Origin: Coriobacteriaceae bacterium
Lineage (GTDB): Bacteria; Actinomycetota; Coriobacteriia; Coriobacteriales; Atopobiaceae
DNA: 64,000 nucleotides
Direction: 5' to 3'
Assembly (NCBI GenBank): GCA_004557505.1
Contig: SFGZ01000004.1
Span: forward strand, 23,866 to 87,865
Shown: positions 50,401 through 58,397 of the stretch, piece by piece
Layout: each line of letters starts with the position of its first letter
Position numbering within the stretch: the first letter of the stretch is position 1
Translations under genes and position numbers: made by a program
Notes under the pieces: generated by a model
What the model was told of the DNA's origin: nothing
What the model saw: the letters and a program-made list of their open reading frames with translations, nothing else
Databases searched by the model: none

Positions 50401-52308
50401 TCGGTCACGGCCTCCGCGGACGACGCCACCTTCCGCCTGGCCCTGGGCTCTACGCCTGAGGATGGGACACGACTCGAGGTCGCCGTGGCCGGCCTTGCGG
50501 ACCTCTCCGGCAACTCCGCGGATGGTGCCACGGGCTCCGTCGTCTTCCGCGCGGGCGGCGTGGTGGTGGAGCGCGGCGCCACGAGGCTCGGGACCTCCCC
50601 CAAGACCATCGCCCCTGCCGAGGGCGCCCTTGACTCCCCGAACGGCTTCACGGTCTACTCGCGCTTTGCCGGGTCTGGGGCCGGGGCCCTGGTGAGCCAG
50701 GCGGATGGTTACGAGCTTGGCATCGAGTCCGACGGCACCCCATATTTCTCGCTGGGGGAGGCCCGCGCGACCTCTTCCGCCGTGGTGAACGACGGCCAGC
50801 CGCATACGCTTGCGGGCGTGCGCGAGAACAACGGCATGCTCAAGCTCTACGTCGACGGCAAGCTCGCCGGCTCCTCCTGGCGAGCCGAGAACCGCTATCG
50901 CAAGGTGTCCCCCGCTCCCATCCTGCTGGGCGGCGGCTCTCTTGCCGGCAGCGCGACGGCGAAGGTCTTCGACAGCGCATACGCCTACGACGACGTTGCC
51001 CGCCTCCACGACGCGGACCTGCCCGACAGCTCCGAGCGCAACCTGGCGAGCGGCGTTGTCCCTACGGCAAGCTGGACCGCCGATGGCTCCGCGGCGAAGA
51101 CCAACGCGGACCGGCCGCTCTCCAACATCACCGACGGGCTGAAGGACGACACGAACAACTATGGCGAGTTTGGCGACGACAACCGTGCCGAGGGCTCCTA
51201 TGTCGAACTCGACCTGGGCAGCGTCTACGACATCAGCGGCGTGAACCTCTGGCGCTACTGGTTGGACAGGCGCGTCTACGAGAACACGGTGGTCGCCCTC
51301 TCGCAGAGCGAGGACTTCTCCAGCCCCACGGTTCTGTACAACTCCGATGCCGGCAACGCGCAGGGCCTGGGTGCCGGCTCCGACGAGACGTACGAGGAGA
51401 CCCCCTCTGGCAGGTCGTGGACGGCCCCCGAGGGGACGCGCGCTCGGTACGTGCGCGTTTACATGCATGGGCGCGCCAATGGGCAGGGCAACACAAACCA
51501 CATCGTGGAGCTCGAGGTCATGGGGCACGCGTCTGCCGCGGCCACCGATCCCATCGACGTGTCCGAGCTTGACGCCCGCATTGCGGAGCTCGACCAGCTG
51601 CTCTCGGCAGACTCCGAGCACACCACCTCGAGCGTCGCGACGGTCGCCGAGCAGGTCGCCCGGGCGCGCGAGGTCGCGGACTACCCGCAGACCAAGGAGA
51701 ACGTTGCGGCCGCCCTGGCAACGCTCGCAGACATCGAGAAGAGCCTGGTGCCGCGCGCCGACCCTGCCGCAGCCAACGCGCTTCTCTCCCAGCTTGACGG
51801 TGCCGCGCTTGAGGAGGGCGACTACACGCCCGAGAGCTGGGCCGCCCTCGGAAAGGCCCGCGCTGCCGTAGAGGCCGTGCTCGCAGACCTCTCCGACGTG
51901 AGCCAGTCGGAGCTCGACGCCCTCGTGGATGCCCTCGCCGCGGCGCGCGAGGGCCTTGCGCCCGCCGGCGAGGAAGGCCCCCGGGGCCCTGAGGGCCCAG
52001 CGGATCTAGGCGACGAGGGAGGCTCTGCCGACGTGTCCCAGCCGCAAGGTCCTGGTGACGCAGGGACCACCGGAGGCTCCAACGCCCCCGGTGACGCCAA
52101 CGTCCCCGACGGCTCCAACGCCCCCGGTGACGACAAGACTGCCGGAGACGCTGCCTCAAGGCGCGCCACAGACCGCCCGGTCGCGCCAGCCCGTCCCACC
52201 GTACCCAACACGGGGGACCAGGCCGGCGTGGCCCTTCCCATGGCCCTCGTGGCCGCCGGCGCGTGTCTCGGGCTTCTCGGCACTATCTGGCGTCGTCGCC
52301 CTGTGTGA
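47401..52308 (+). CDS. Cell-wall-anchored multidomain glycoside hydrolase (F5/8-type-C/CBM32-like x2, melibiase-like TIM barrel, LamG-like, FIVAR-like repeats, sorting signal)
   Basis: GTG start with signal peptide VCAAMVTFALATQSLPAVALA.
- Discoidin-like block: LLLDGDVNTNWSTWY...YKLYVS.
- Catalytic-looking blocks YVVDDGWNNY and VNYWKWDGF, a DDGW / KWD pattern as in clan GH-D alpha-galactosidase-type enzymes.
- LamG-like: GQPHTLAGVRENNGMLKLYVDGKL.
- Second discoidin block: ARYVRVYMHG...IVELEVMG.
- FIVAR-like: GDYTPESWAALGKARAAVEAVL.
- C-terminus: VPNTGD, a hydrophobic stretch, then RRR. Confidence 0.75.
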   Translation: MRRSEVLRSVCAAMVTFALATQSLPAVALAANRGPAGGGVSVTSDAAAHTVTIGNGDISRTFSTADGRLATTLLSNGRAGVTFDPADGSEEFVVRVVRQASAGKPAAPEALSREGWTATDDSHAKAGNSDGPAQLLLDGDVNTNWSTWYQDGNGVDGQRQEYPFSVVIDLNGEKSFSAFSMTPRPQGPAINGNSKGYKLYVSTSAEKLDAGSAAWGNPVAEGEFTYDGTDPAYVNLDHAQTATQVKLVVTSNTAGNNIAGGAEFNLYPTAVAMPTSELEFSASDLELAGDPVVADTTATINGEAKTGKKLTFNFRPYAFGGNGVTYTISENIVMYEGDHYMRKYLDISVPAGQAGSAAIDYIDLEHLGTSGADATWTIPHVGGVVQMDQFKANLGQPIYIQGMFFGCEFPATDTQIEDGLGHIRYYTGKDFNRLAADGQAAADEAGNIHYNTWQTVVGAARSTDASVVQSDFFDYINDIATPSEFRIQYNSWFDNMMKIDDKNIHDSFIEVDAQLDAVETRPLDSYVVDDGWNNYNNTDASVDVSKSGVGKNTEGFWAFNSKFPQGLTPSSKLVENFGSSFGVWVGPRGGYNFYPNLADILTASGRGSKAGWSIDVADRTYVRNFLEMACDWQDRYGVNYWKWDGFVDKAQYAHFGAARDGVPGYANNHMTGGYNNMYHVTDLWEAWIDLFEGVRANAAKNGIDDLWISLTCYVNPSPWFLQWANSVWIQDVYDQTDAGEGDSKLDRQLNYRDAMYYDFIKNHQFQFPLSHIYNHDPIYGKEGTNITRDTATDEQFQNYLYAQSGRGTAFWELYYSESLMTQGKWEVTAEFLDWAEQNHHVLSKAKMFGGSPASNARLDSTNTSGAAHTYGYSAFDGEQGIVVLRNPATSSQQVSYAFNDTNGVPAGSGSYVYHIEHAHKHDESHDGIAQTGTLEYGTTYTWTLDAGEALVLMVSKEADTQAPAIERVSSDGAGNLTVRFDEKVMGSPEFTVNGERLSGASVTASADDATFRLALGSTPEDGTRLEVAVAGLADLSGNSADGATGSVVFRAGGVVVERGATRLGTSPKTIAPAEGALDSPNGFTVYSRFAGSGAGALVSQADGYELGIESDGTPYFSLGEARATSSAVVNDGQPHTLAGVRENNGMLKLYVDGKLAGSSWRAENRYRKVSPAPILLGGGSLAGSATAKVFDSAYAYDDVARLHDADLPDSSERNLASGVVPTASWTADGSAAKTNADRPLSNITDGLKDDTNNYGEFGDDNRAEGSYVELDLGSVYDISGVNLWRYWLDRRVYENTVVALSQSEDFSSPTVLYNSDAGNAQGLGAGSDETYEETPSGRSWTAPEGTRARYVRVYMHGRANGQGNTNHIVELEVMGHASAAATDPIDVSELDARIAELDQLLSADSEHTTSSVATVAEQVARAREVADYPQTKENVAAALATLADIEKSLVPRADPAAANALLSQLDGAALEEGDYTPESWAALGKARAAVEAVLADLSDVSQSELDALVDALAAAREGLAPAGEEGPRGPEGPADLGDEGGSADVSQPQGPGDAGTTGGSNAPGDANVPDGSNAPGDDKTAGDAASRRATDRPVAPARPTVPNTGDQAGVALPMALVAAGACLGLLGTIWRRRPV

Positions 52309-52330
52309 GGCGGGACAGCCATTTGCCTCA
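52306..52330. repeat. Palindromic element, copy h (degenerate)
   Basis: TGAGGCGGGACAGCCATTTGCCTCA. The TGA is the glycosidase stop codon. The right arm runs into direct-repeat copy 1. Confidence 0.55.
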
Positions 52331-52394
52331 TGTTGTGACGAACTCGCGGCGGAGGGCGGCCATGCGTCGCCCTCCGCCGCCGCGTCGGGCGGAG
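52323..52394 (+). repeat. 72-bp direct repeat, copy 1 (contains a 13-bp perfect hairpin at 52346-52380)
   Basis: TTGCCTCATGTTGTGACGAACTCGCGGCGGAGGGCGGCCATGCGTCGCCCTCCGCCGCCGCGTCGGGCGGAG is identical to 52972-53043. Identity continues with one mismatch to 52399/53048. Confidence 0.9.
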
Positions 52395-52940
52395 AAGGGG
52401 CGGCCCGCAGGCACCAGAGCTCCATTGAAAAGGTCGGGCGAATACGCTCTCGTCCGTGGAAAAATCCTGCATGGAAGGTCTTTGTGAACCTAATCGGTGA
52501 GCCAAAGACAGAGAATCCCCCCGAGCGCTGGAGCATGACCTGCATGTCGACCCGTCCGAGGCGGGAAGTCGCCCGAGGCGGGAAACTCTGCAAGGGAGGG
52601 TGCTCAGGAATCGTTTCTAAGTACCCGTGGCCCTTTTGAGCCGTCCGTGCTGCCGAAAATGAAAAAACAACGCGCAGAATCCCGATAGTGAGTAGACCGC
52701 GGCCCGTGCGAGGCGCCAGCTGGGCTGGACTGACATTCCCAGCCACCATCCGCGCGCTACGCCGACAGGGAAAACGACGTCGTGGTGCTCCTAGGGTTCT
52801 TCGGGGGCGAGCCGAGCCGTCGGGCACCAGGAAAATAACGCTCACATGCTCACTTCTGCACGTCGTTTTGGCGTTTCCTCTTGATCGGCCAGGGCTGGGA
52901 CCTGGAATCTGGGCCATCCTCAGCGCGAGACAGGGGATGC

Positions 52941-52967
52941 GAGACAGGGGGGCTGCCCCCTTGTCTC
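52941..52967. repeat. Palindromic element, copy g
   Basis: GAGACAGGGGGGC-T-GCCCCCTTGTCTC, preceded by the half copy GAGACAGGGGA at 52927-52937. Confidence 0.75.
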
Positions 52968-52971
52968 GCTC

Positions 52972-53043
52972 TTGCCTCATGTTGTGACGAACTCGCGGCG
53001 GAGGGCGGCCATGCGTCGCCCTCCGCCGCCGCGTCGGGCGGAG
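52972..53043 (+). repeat. 72-bp direct repeat, copy 2
   Basis: Identical to 52323-52394 (offset 649 nt). The ORF track shows the same peptides twice (LPHVVTNSRRRAAMRRPPPPRRAE). Confidence 0.9.
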
Positions 53044-53092
53044 GAGGGTATCATGGCTTCCCACGGACCGCGTGGCCACATGGGGAGGCGTG

Positions 53093-53920
53093 ATGGAGGA
53101 CATTCTCGCGGACATCGACACGTCGGCGCTCGTCGGCAAGGTCGTCTTCCTCGCCGTGGTCGTCGGCGTCGCGCTGCTCGTGCAGCGCATCGTGTCGCAT
53201 GGCCTCAAGCGCGCGCTGGACGCGGCGGGCGTGCCCAAGGCGTCGATCTTCGTCAACGTCGTACGGGCCGTCATCTGGGCGTTTGCGCTGCTCGCCGCGC
53301 TTGAGCCCGTCTTTGGCGTCCAGCCCACGGCCTTCGTGGCCGCCCTGGGCGTGACCTCTGTGGTCATCTCGCTGGGCCTGCAGGACACGGTATCGAACAT
53401 CGTCGCGGGCCTGGGGCTTATGATGGGCCGCGTGGTGCGTCCCGGCGACCAGGTCACCATCAGCGGGTTTACTGGCGAGGTTGTGGATGTCACCTGGCGC
53501 TCCACGATGGTGCGCGACAGGGGCGGCAAGGTCGAGGTCATCCCCAACTCCGTCCTCAACAAGACCGCCCTCATGCGCGAGACGGACTGGTCGGTCACCA
53601 ACTGCCCGGTGGAGTTCTACGTCGAGTCGGGATGCGACCTGGACGCCGTCGCCCGCGAGGTGCGGGGCCTCGCACGCAAGGCCTGCGGCGCGGCGCTCGA
53701 CCCCAACTTCACGACCGAGGTCCTCTTTGACGGCCTTGGCCCTATGGGCGTACATGGCACGGCCCACCTGCACCTTGTTGCCGGATCGAACTACTCCGGG
53801 CAGGCCGATGCCCTCGTGCGCGCCATGTCGCGCGCGCCGTGGATCGCGAGGCCCGCCGTCGCGGCCGCCGGGGCGGCGTCGGCCACCGCCGCGGCAACCC
53901 ACCCAACCGAAAGGCAGTGA
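53093..53920 (+). CDS. mscS: MscS-family small-conductance mechanosensitive channel
   Basis: Three N-terminal TM helices, then the SLGLQDTVSNIVAGLGLMMGRVVRPGDQVTISGFTGEVVDVTWRSTMVRD pore/beta-domain signature. ATG 53093 follows GGGGAGG. Confidence 0.85.
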   Translation: MEDILADIDTSALVGKVVFLAVVVGVALLVQRIVSHGLKRALDAAGVPKASIFVNVVRAVIWAFALLAALEPVFGVQPTAFVAALGVTSVVISLGLQDTVSNIVAGLGLMMGRVVRPGDQVTISGFTGEVVDVTWRSTMVRDRGGKVEVIPNSVLNKTALMRETDWSVTNCPVEFYVESGCDLDAVAREVRGLARKACGAALDPNFTTEVLFDGLGPMGVHGTAHLHLVAGSNYSGQADALVRAMSRAPWIARPAVAAAGAASATAAATHPTERQ

Positions 53921-53925
53921 CGCGC

Positions 53926-54450
53926 ATGAAGACCATCACCAGCTTCACCGTGAACCACCTCGTGCTCGAGCCCGGCATCTACGTGAGCCGCGTGGACGAG
54001 GACCCTGCAACCGGGGCCGTGGTCACGACCTTCGACCTGCGCCTCACGGCGCCCAACCGCGAGCCAGTCATGGACACGGCGGCGGTCCACGCCATCGAGC
54101 ACCTGGGCGCGACCTTCCTGAGGAACGATCCCGAGTGGGCAAGCCGCGTGGTCTACTTTGGCCCCATGGGTTGCCGTACGGGCTTCTACCTGGTGGTCTT
54201 TGGCTCGTGTGGCTCGCGTGAGGTGCTGCCGCTCGTGCGCCGCTGCTTCGAGTTCGTGCGCGACTTCGAGGGGGAGATCCCCGGCGCCCGTCCCGAGGCG
54301 TGCGGAAACTGGCATGACGCCGACCTCAACCTGGCGCACTGGTGGGCACGCCGCTACCTTGCCGATACGCTCGAGGCCATCGACGGCGCGCACCTCTCGT
54401 ACCCGGGGCTGCTCCAGGACGAGGGGAGCGAGGGGTCCCGCGATGCGTAG
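53926..54450 (+). CDS. luxS: S-ribosylhomocysteine lyase
   Basis: HAIEHL metal motif and PMGCRTGFY. The start is trimmed to MKTITSFTVNH. Confidence 0.9.
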   Translation: MKTITSFTVNHLVLEPGIYVSRVDEDPATGAVVTTFDLRLTAPNREPVMDTAAVHAIEHLGATFLRNDPEWASRVVYFGPMGCRTGFYLVVFGSCGSREVLPLVRRCFEFVRDFEGEIPGARPEACGNWHDADLNLAHWWARRYLADTLEAIDGAHLSYPGLLQDEGSEGSRDA

Positions 54451-55156
54451 CGATATCAGGGTTGGCATCATAGGCGCCATGGAGGTGGAGGTCGCGCACC
54501 TTGTGGCAAGCCTTGGGAACGAGGACGTCTCGACCGTGGCCGGCATGGACTTTTACGCGGGCGCCCTCGCCGGCGTGCCGGTGGTCGTCGTGCGCTCCGG
54601 CGTGGGCAAGGTCAACGCCGGCGTGTGCGTGCAGGTGCTGGTCGACCGTTACGGCGTGACGCACGTGGTGAACACCGGCGTCGCCGGGTCTCTCGACGCG
54701 CGCATTGACGTGGGCGACATTGTGGTCTCGACCGATTGCCGCTACCATGACGTGGACGCGACGGTCTTTGGCTACGAGCCGGGCGAGGTCCCGCAGCTGG
54801 GGCGTGTGGGCTTCTCGGCAGACGCCGGCCTCCGCGCGCAGGCGGTGGCGGCCGTGAACGACGTCGCCGCCGGTGCGCGGGCCTTCGAGGGGCGCGTGGT
54901 CTCGGGCGACGCCTTTGTGTCGGACGCGCGCGAGAAGGAGCGCCTTGTGCGCGATTTCGGCGGCGTGTGCTGCGAGATGGAGGGGGCTGCCGTCGCCCAG
55001 GCGGCGTGGCTCAACGGCGTGCCGTTCGTGGTGGTTCGCGCGATATCGGACAAGCCCGGGGTGACGACGCCCGTCGAATACGCCGCCTTCGAGGCGGCTG
55101 CGGCCGAGCATTGCGCTGCCATCGTTGCATGCATGGTGTCACGCCTGGGGGAGTAG
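54443..55156 (+). CDS. mtnN: 5'-methylthioadenosine/S-adenosylhomocysteine nucleosidase
   Basis: GIIGAMEVEV, CEMEGAAVAQ and VRAISD blocks. It overlaps luxS by 8 nt. Confidence 0.9.
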   Translation: MRSDIRVGIIGAMEVEVAHLVASLGNEDVSTVAGMDFYAGALAGVPVVVVRSGVGKVNAGVCVQVLVDRYGVTHVVNTGVAGSLDARIDVGDIVVSTDCRYHDVDATVFGYEPGEVPQLGRVGFSADAGLRAQAVAAVNDVAAGARAFEGRVVSGDAFVSDAREKERLVRDFGGVCCEMEGAAVAQAAWLNGVPFVVVRAISDKPGVTTPVEYAAFEAAAAEHCAAIVACMVSRLGE

Positions 55157-55204
55157 GGCGCGGCGGCCGGACGCCACCCGGCAACCGTCGAAGCGCCTCC
55201 GGCG

Positions 55205-56074
55205 TCACACGCCTTGGATGCAGATGCCCACGATCTCCGGGCCAGTGTGTACGAGAAGCTCGGCCGAGACGCCCGACCGTATGACCTCCACGGCGTTGTC
55301 CACCTGGGCAAGCACCCGCTCTTCCAGCTCGTCGAACATGTCGCACGCGCTCGAGCAGCAGATGGCCACACGCACCTTGTCATACTGTCTCGCCCGCTCC
55401 TCGACAAGCGAGATCTGCGCGCTGATGGCACGCTCCCAACCGCGTGCCTTGCGGGCCACCACGTAGGTGCCCCTCGCGTTGCAAGTGATTACGGGCTTGA
55501 TGTTGAGCGCGGAGCCCAGCCGATACACGGCCGCGCTGATGCGCCCGCCCTTGCGCAGGTACTCAAGGCTCTTCACCGAGAAGAACACAGAGTTCTTGCG
55601 CGCCACCAGCTCGAGCATCGCGCCAAGGTGCTGCAGCGTGATGCCTGCCTCGACCATGCGCACGGCCTCCATCACAACGATGCCGGCACCGATGCCGATG
55701 CTCCTGGTGTCCACCACCTCGACGGGGAAACCGTCCAGCTGGTCGGCGACCATGCGCACGGTGTCGCAGGTGGCCGAGAGGCCTGCGGAGATGCTCACGA
55801 AGACCGCCGCCACATAGCCGTCGTCCCGCGCGCGGTCAAACTCGCGGCGGATGGTCTCGGGCGAGGGGAGCGAAGTCGAGGGGATCTCCGTTGCCATGCG
55901 CTCGATCAGCTGCTCGGGCGTGATGGTGACGCCGCTCTTGTACGTCGAGCCGTCCGAGAAGTTGATACACAGCGGGACGATGCGGACATCGTGTTCGCGT
56001 GCAAAGTCGGCGGGCGTGTCAGCGCCCGTGTCGGTGATGACTGCGATTCTCTGGCTGTTCAACGTTGCCCCCAA
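55205..56074 (-). CDS. DegV-family fatty-acid-binding protein
   Basis: IAVITDTGADTP N-terminus, STSLPSP and SAGLSATC blocks. Confidence 0.87.
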   Translation of the reverse strand: MGATLNSQRIAVITDTGADTPADFAREHDVRIVPLCINFSDGSTYKSGVTITPEQLIERMATEIPSTSLPSPETIRREFDRARDDGYVAAVFVSISAGLSATCDTVRMVADQLDGFPVEVVDTRSIGIGAGIVVMEAVRMVEAGITLQHLGAMLELVARKNSVFFSVKSLEYLRKGGRISAAVYRLGSALNIKPVITCNARGTYVVARKARGWERAISAQISLVEERARQYDKVRVAICCSSACDMFDELEERVLAQVDNAVEVIRSGVSAELLVHTGPEIVGICIQGV

Positions 56075-56199
56075 TGAACATCGGAGAAGGAAAGCACGTC
56101 CGATTTTTTCGTTGGCACAACTATAGCCATTGCATCTAGTTTTTGATACCAGATAATCTAATCACACAGAATACAAGGGTTTACGAGAGGGGAGCGGCT

Positions 56200-56889
56200 A
56201 TGGTGGACGGGCAGAGCCAAGGGTGCGCCTCGGGTGCCAGCAACGCCTATCGCAGCCTCGCGGAACGCATGACGAGCATCCACATATCGCGCTTCTCGGA
56301 GCTTCCGCGCATCGAGCTCTATCTGGATCAGCTGCTCCGCATGGTCGACGACGAGCTCTCGTTCATGCGCCTGCCGGACGAGAGCCCCCTGGTCACGGGC
56401 TCCATGGTGAACAACTACGTGAAGCGCCACGTGATGCCGGCACCCGTCAAGCACCGATACACCAGGCGTCACGTCTGCTACGTGCTCTGCGTGTGCCTCT
56501 TCAAGCGCGTCCTCTCGATCGAGCAGGTCACGCGCCTCATCCACTACGTGGATGAGGCCGGCCTTGACCTCGAGCGCGCCTACGACGAGCTCTGCTCGGC
56601 GCTTGAGTGCGCGCTCGCCGAGCAGTTCGCGGTGGGGCCGGACTTCGTGGCGCCTGCGGTCGAACCCGTGATCGACCTGCGAGACGCCAGCGGCAAGCGG
56701 GTCGACTCGCTCCTTGACAGGACCATCGAGGCGGCGGTCGTGAGCCTCGCCGCAAAGATCTACGTCGAGCAGATCCTGGCGCTGGGCGACGCGGCCACCG
56801 CGCAGGAACCCGTCACCGGCGGCGAGACGCCAACGGCCGCGACGGCCCCAAGCCCGTCTCCGACACCCGACGCGCCAACGGCGAAATAG
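56200..56889 (+). CDS. DUF1836-like protein (divergent from degV)
   Basis: LYLDQLL...LVTGSMVNNYVKRHVMPAPVKHRYTRRHV resembles the DUF1836 core. It sits in the typical pairing with DegV. Confidence 0.65.
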   Translation: MVDGQSQGCASGASNAYRSLAERMTSIHISRFSELPRIELYLDQLLRMVDDELSFMRLPDESPLVTGSMVNNYVKRHVMPAPVKHRYTRRHVCYVLCVCLFKRVLSIEQVTRLIHYVDEAGLDLERAYDELCSALECALAEQFAVGPDFVAPAVEPVIDLRDASGKRVDSLLDRTIEAAVVSLAAKIYVEQILALGDAATAQEPVTGGETPTAATAPSPSPTPDAPTAK

Positions 56890-56969
56890 GTTGCGGCGTT
56901 CGTGGGGTAGGATAAGGGAGTAACGAAGGGCCGAACGGCCTCTCCTCAGGGAAACGGAAAACACATCCA

Positions 56970-58364
56970 ATGGCAAGCATCTACGGTGAGCCCGCAGTCA
57001 TCAGGCGCATCGAGCATCGAAGCGCACTCCACAAGGTGACCTCGAACGGAACGATAGCCGCCTCGATCATGGTGTTTGCCGCCCTCGCGGCGGTCATCAC
57101 GGCCAACTCACCGGCCTACAAGGGGGTCGAGGAGGCCCTTCACGCCCTGCTCTCGTTTGGTGTAGGCCCCGTGAGCCTCTCGATCACGGTCGAGGTTTTT
57201 GTGAACGACTTTCTCATGGCCATCTTCTTCCTGCTCGTGGGCATCGAGCTCAAGTACGAGATGACCGTGGGGCAGCTGAGAAAACCCAGGCAGGCCGCAT
57301 TGCCCCTGTTCGCCGCCGTCGGCGGCGTGATTGTGCCTGCGCTTATCTACCTTGTCATCAATGCCGGCGGCGCCGTGCATGGGTGGGCCACGCCCATCGC
57401 CACCGACATCGCCTTTGCGCTGGGTGTGATGTCGCTCCTCGGCAAGCGCATCGCCCCGGCGACCAAGGTCTTCTTCCAGACGCTGGCAATCGCCGATGAC
57501 ATCCTGGCCATCGTGGTCATCGCGCTCTTCTACGGGCAGACGCCCAGCGTGGCCTGGTGCGCCGCGTCTCTCGGCGTGGTCATCGTGCTGTGGCTCATCT
57601 CGCGCATGAAGGTCTACTCTGCCAAGCCATACATACTGGTGGGGCTTTTGCTGTGGGTGTGCATGTATAACTCCGGCATCCACGCCACGTTGGCCGGCGT
57701 CATCCTGGCGTTCTTCCTGCCCTCCCGCTCAGACGTTCGCCTCTCCAGGCTGGGAAACTGGCTGAACGCCCGCGCCCGCGAGTTGGACGACAAGTATGAC
57801 GACGAGAGCCACGTGCTTGGCCAGCACGACTTCACCACCGCCGCCGCGCGCGTGGAGCGCGTGATGCACCATGTCACGCCGCCTCTGGAGCGCGTGGAGC
57901 GCTACATCTCGGTGCCGGTGAACTTTTTGATCCTGCCCGTCTTCGCGTTCGTGAACGCACAGGTGAGGGTTGTGGGCATGGACCTTGCCGCCATCATCGC
58001 GGACCCGGTGACCAAGGGCGTCTACTTTGGCGCCGTGCTGGGCAAGCCCCTCGGCATCATCCTTGTGACGTGGCTTCTCGTGCGCATCGGCTTTGCCAAG
58101 CTGCCCAAGCACGTGGACTGGACGCAGATCATCGCGGTGGGCATCATGGGCGGCCTGGGGTTCACGATGTCGATCCTCATCTCGGGCCTGGCGTTCTCCG
58201 ACCCCAACGCGGTCATGGCCGCGAAGTGCGCGATCCTTGCCGGGTCGGTCACCTCGGCCGCCGCGGGGCTCCTCTACGTGCGCGTGGCAAGCACCGTGAA
58301 GGAACGGAGAGGCTCACGCGCGCACGCGCTCGAGATGGGCGACGACGGGAGCGACGATGCGTAG
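56970..58364 (+). CDS. nhaA: Na+/H+ antiporter NhaA
   Basis: VNDFLMAIFFLLVGIELKYE and ATDIAFALGV blocks with about 12 TM helices. Confidence 0.9.
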   Translation: MASIYGEPAVIRRIEHRSALHKVTSNGTIAASIMVFAALAAVITANSPAYKGVEEALHALLSFGVGPVSLSITVEVFVNDFLMAIFFLLVGIELKYEMTVGQLRKPRQAALPLFAAVGGVIVPALIYLVINAGGAVHGWATPIATDIAFALGVMSLLGKRIAPATKVFFQTLAIADDILAIVVIALFYGQTPSVAWCAASLGVVIVLWLISRMKVYSAKPYILVGLLLWVCMYNSGIHATLAGVILAFFLPSRSDVRLSRLGNWLNARARELDDKYDDESHVLGQHDFTTAAARVERVMHHVTPPLERVERYISVPVNFLILPVFAFVNAQVRVVGMDLAAIIADPVTKGVYFGAVLGKPLGIILVTWLLVRIGFAKLPKHVDWTQIIAVGIMGGLGFTMSILISGLAFSDPNAVMAAKCAILAGSVTSAAAGLLYVRVASTVKERRGSRAHALEMGDDGSDDA

Positions 58365-58397
58365 CCGCAGCCACGCGCTGTCGCGCGCGACGGGCGG

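Noticed and set aside
52395-52971. Known structured RNA (tmRNA, RNase P RNA, SRP RNA, c-di-AMP riboswitch) inside the repeat-flanked insert
   Set aside because: I looked on both strands for hallmark strings and found none. These were a tmRNA GGGG… 5' end with a tRNA-like TTCGA…CCA 3' end, RNase P GAGGAAAGTCCGGGC / ACAGAACCCGGCTTA, SRP GGAAGCAGCC, and ydaO ACGGGG/CCCGA pairs. An Infernal scan is still needed.
52156-53601. 481-aa minus-strand ORF crossing the repeat-flanked insert and mscS
   Set aside because: The translation is Arg/Pro/Ala/Thr-rich without motifs. It is antisense to mscS for half its length and simply runs through both 72-bp repeats, where the same peptide appears twice.
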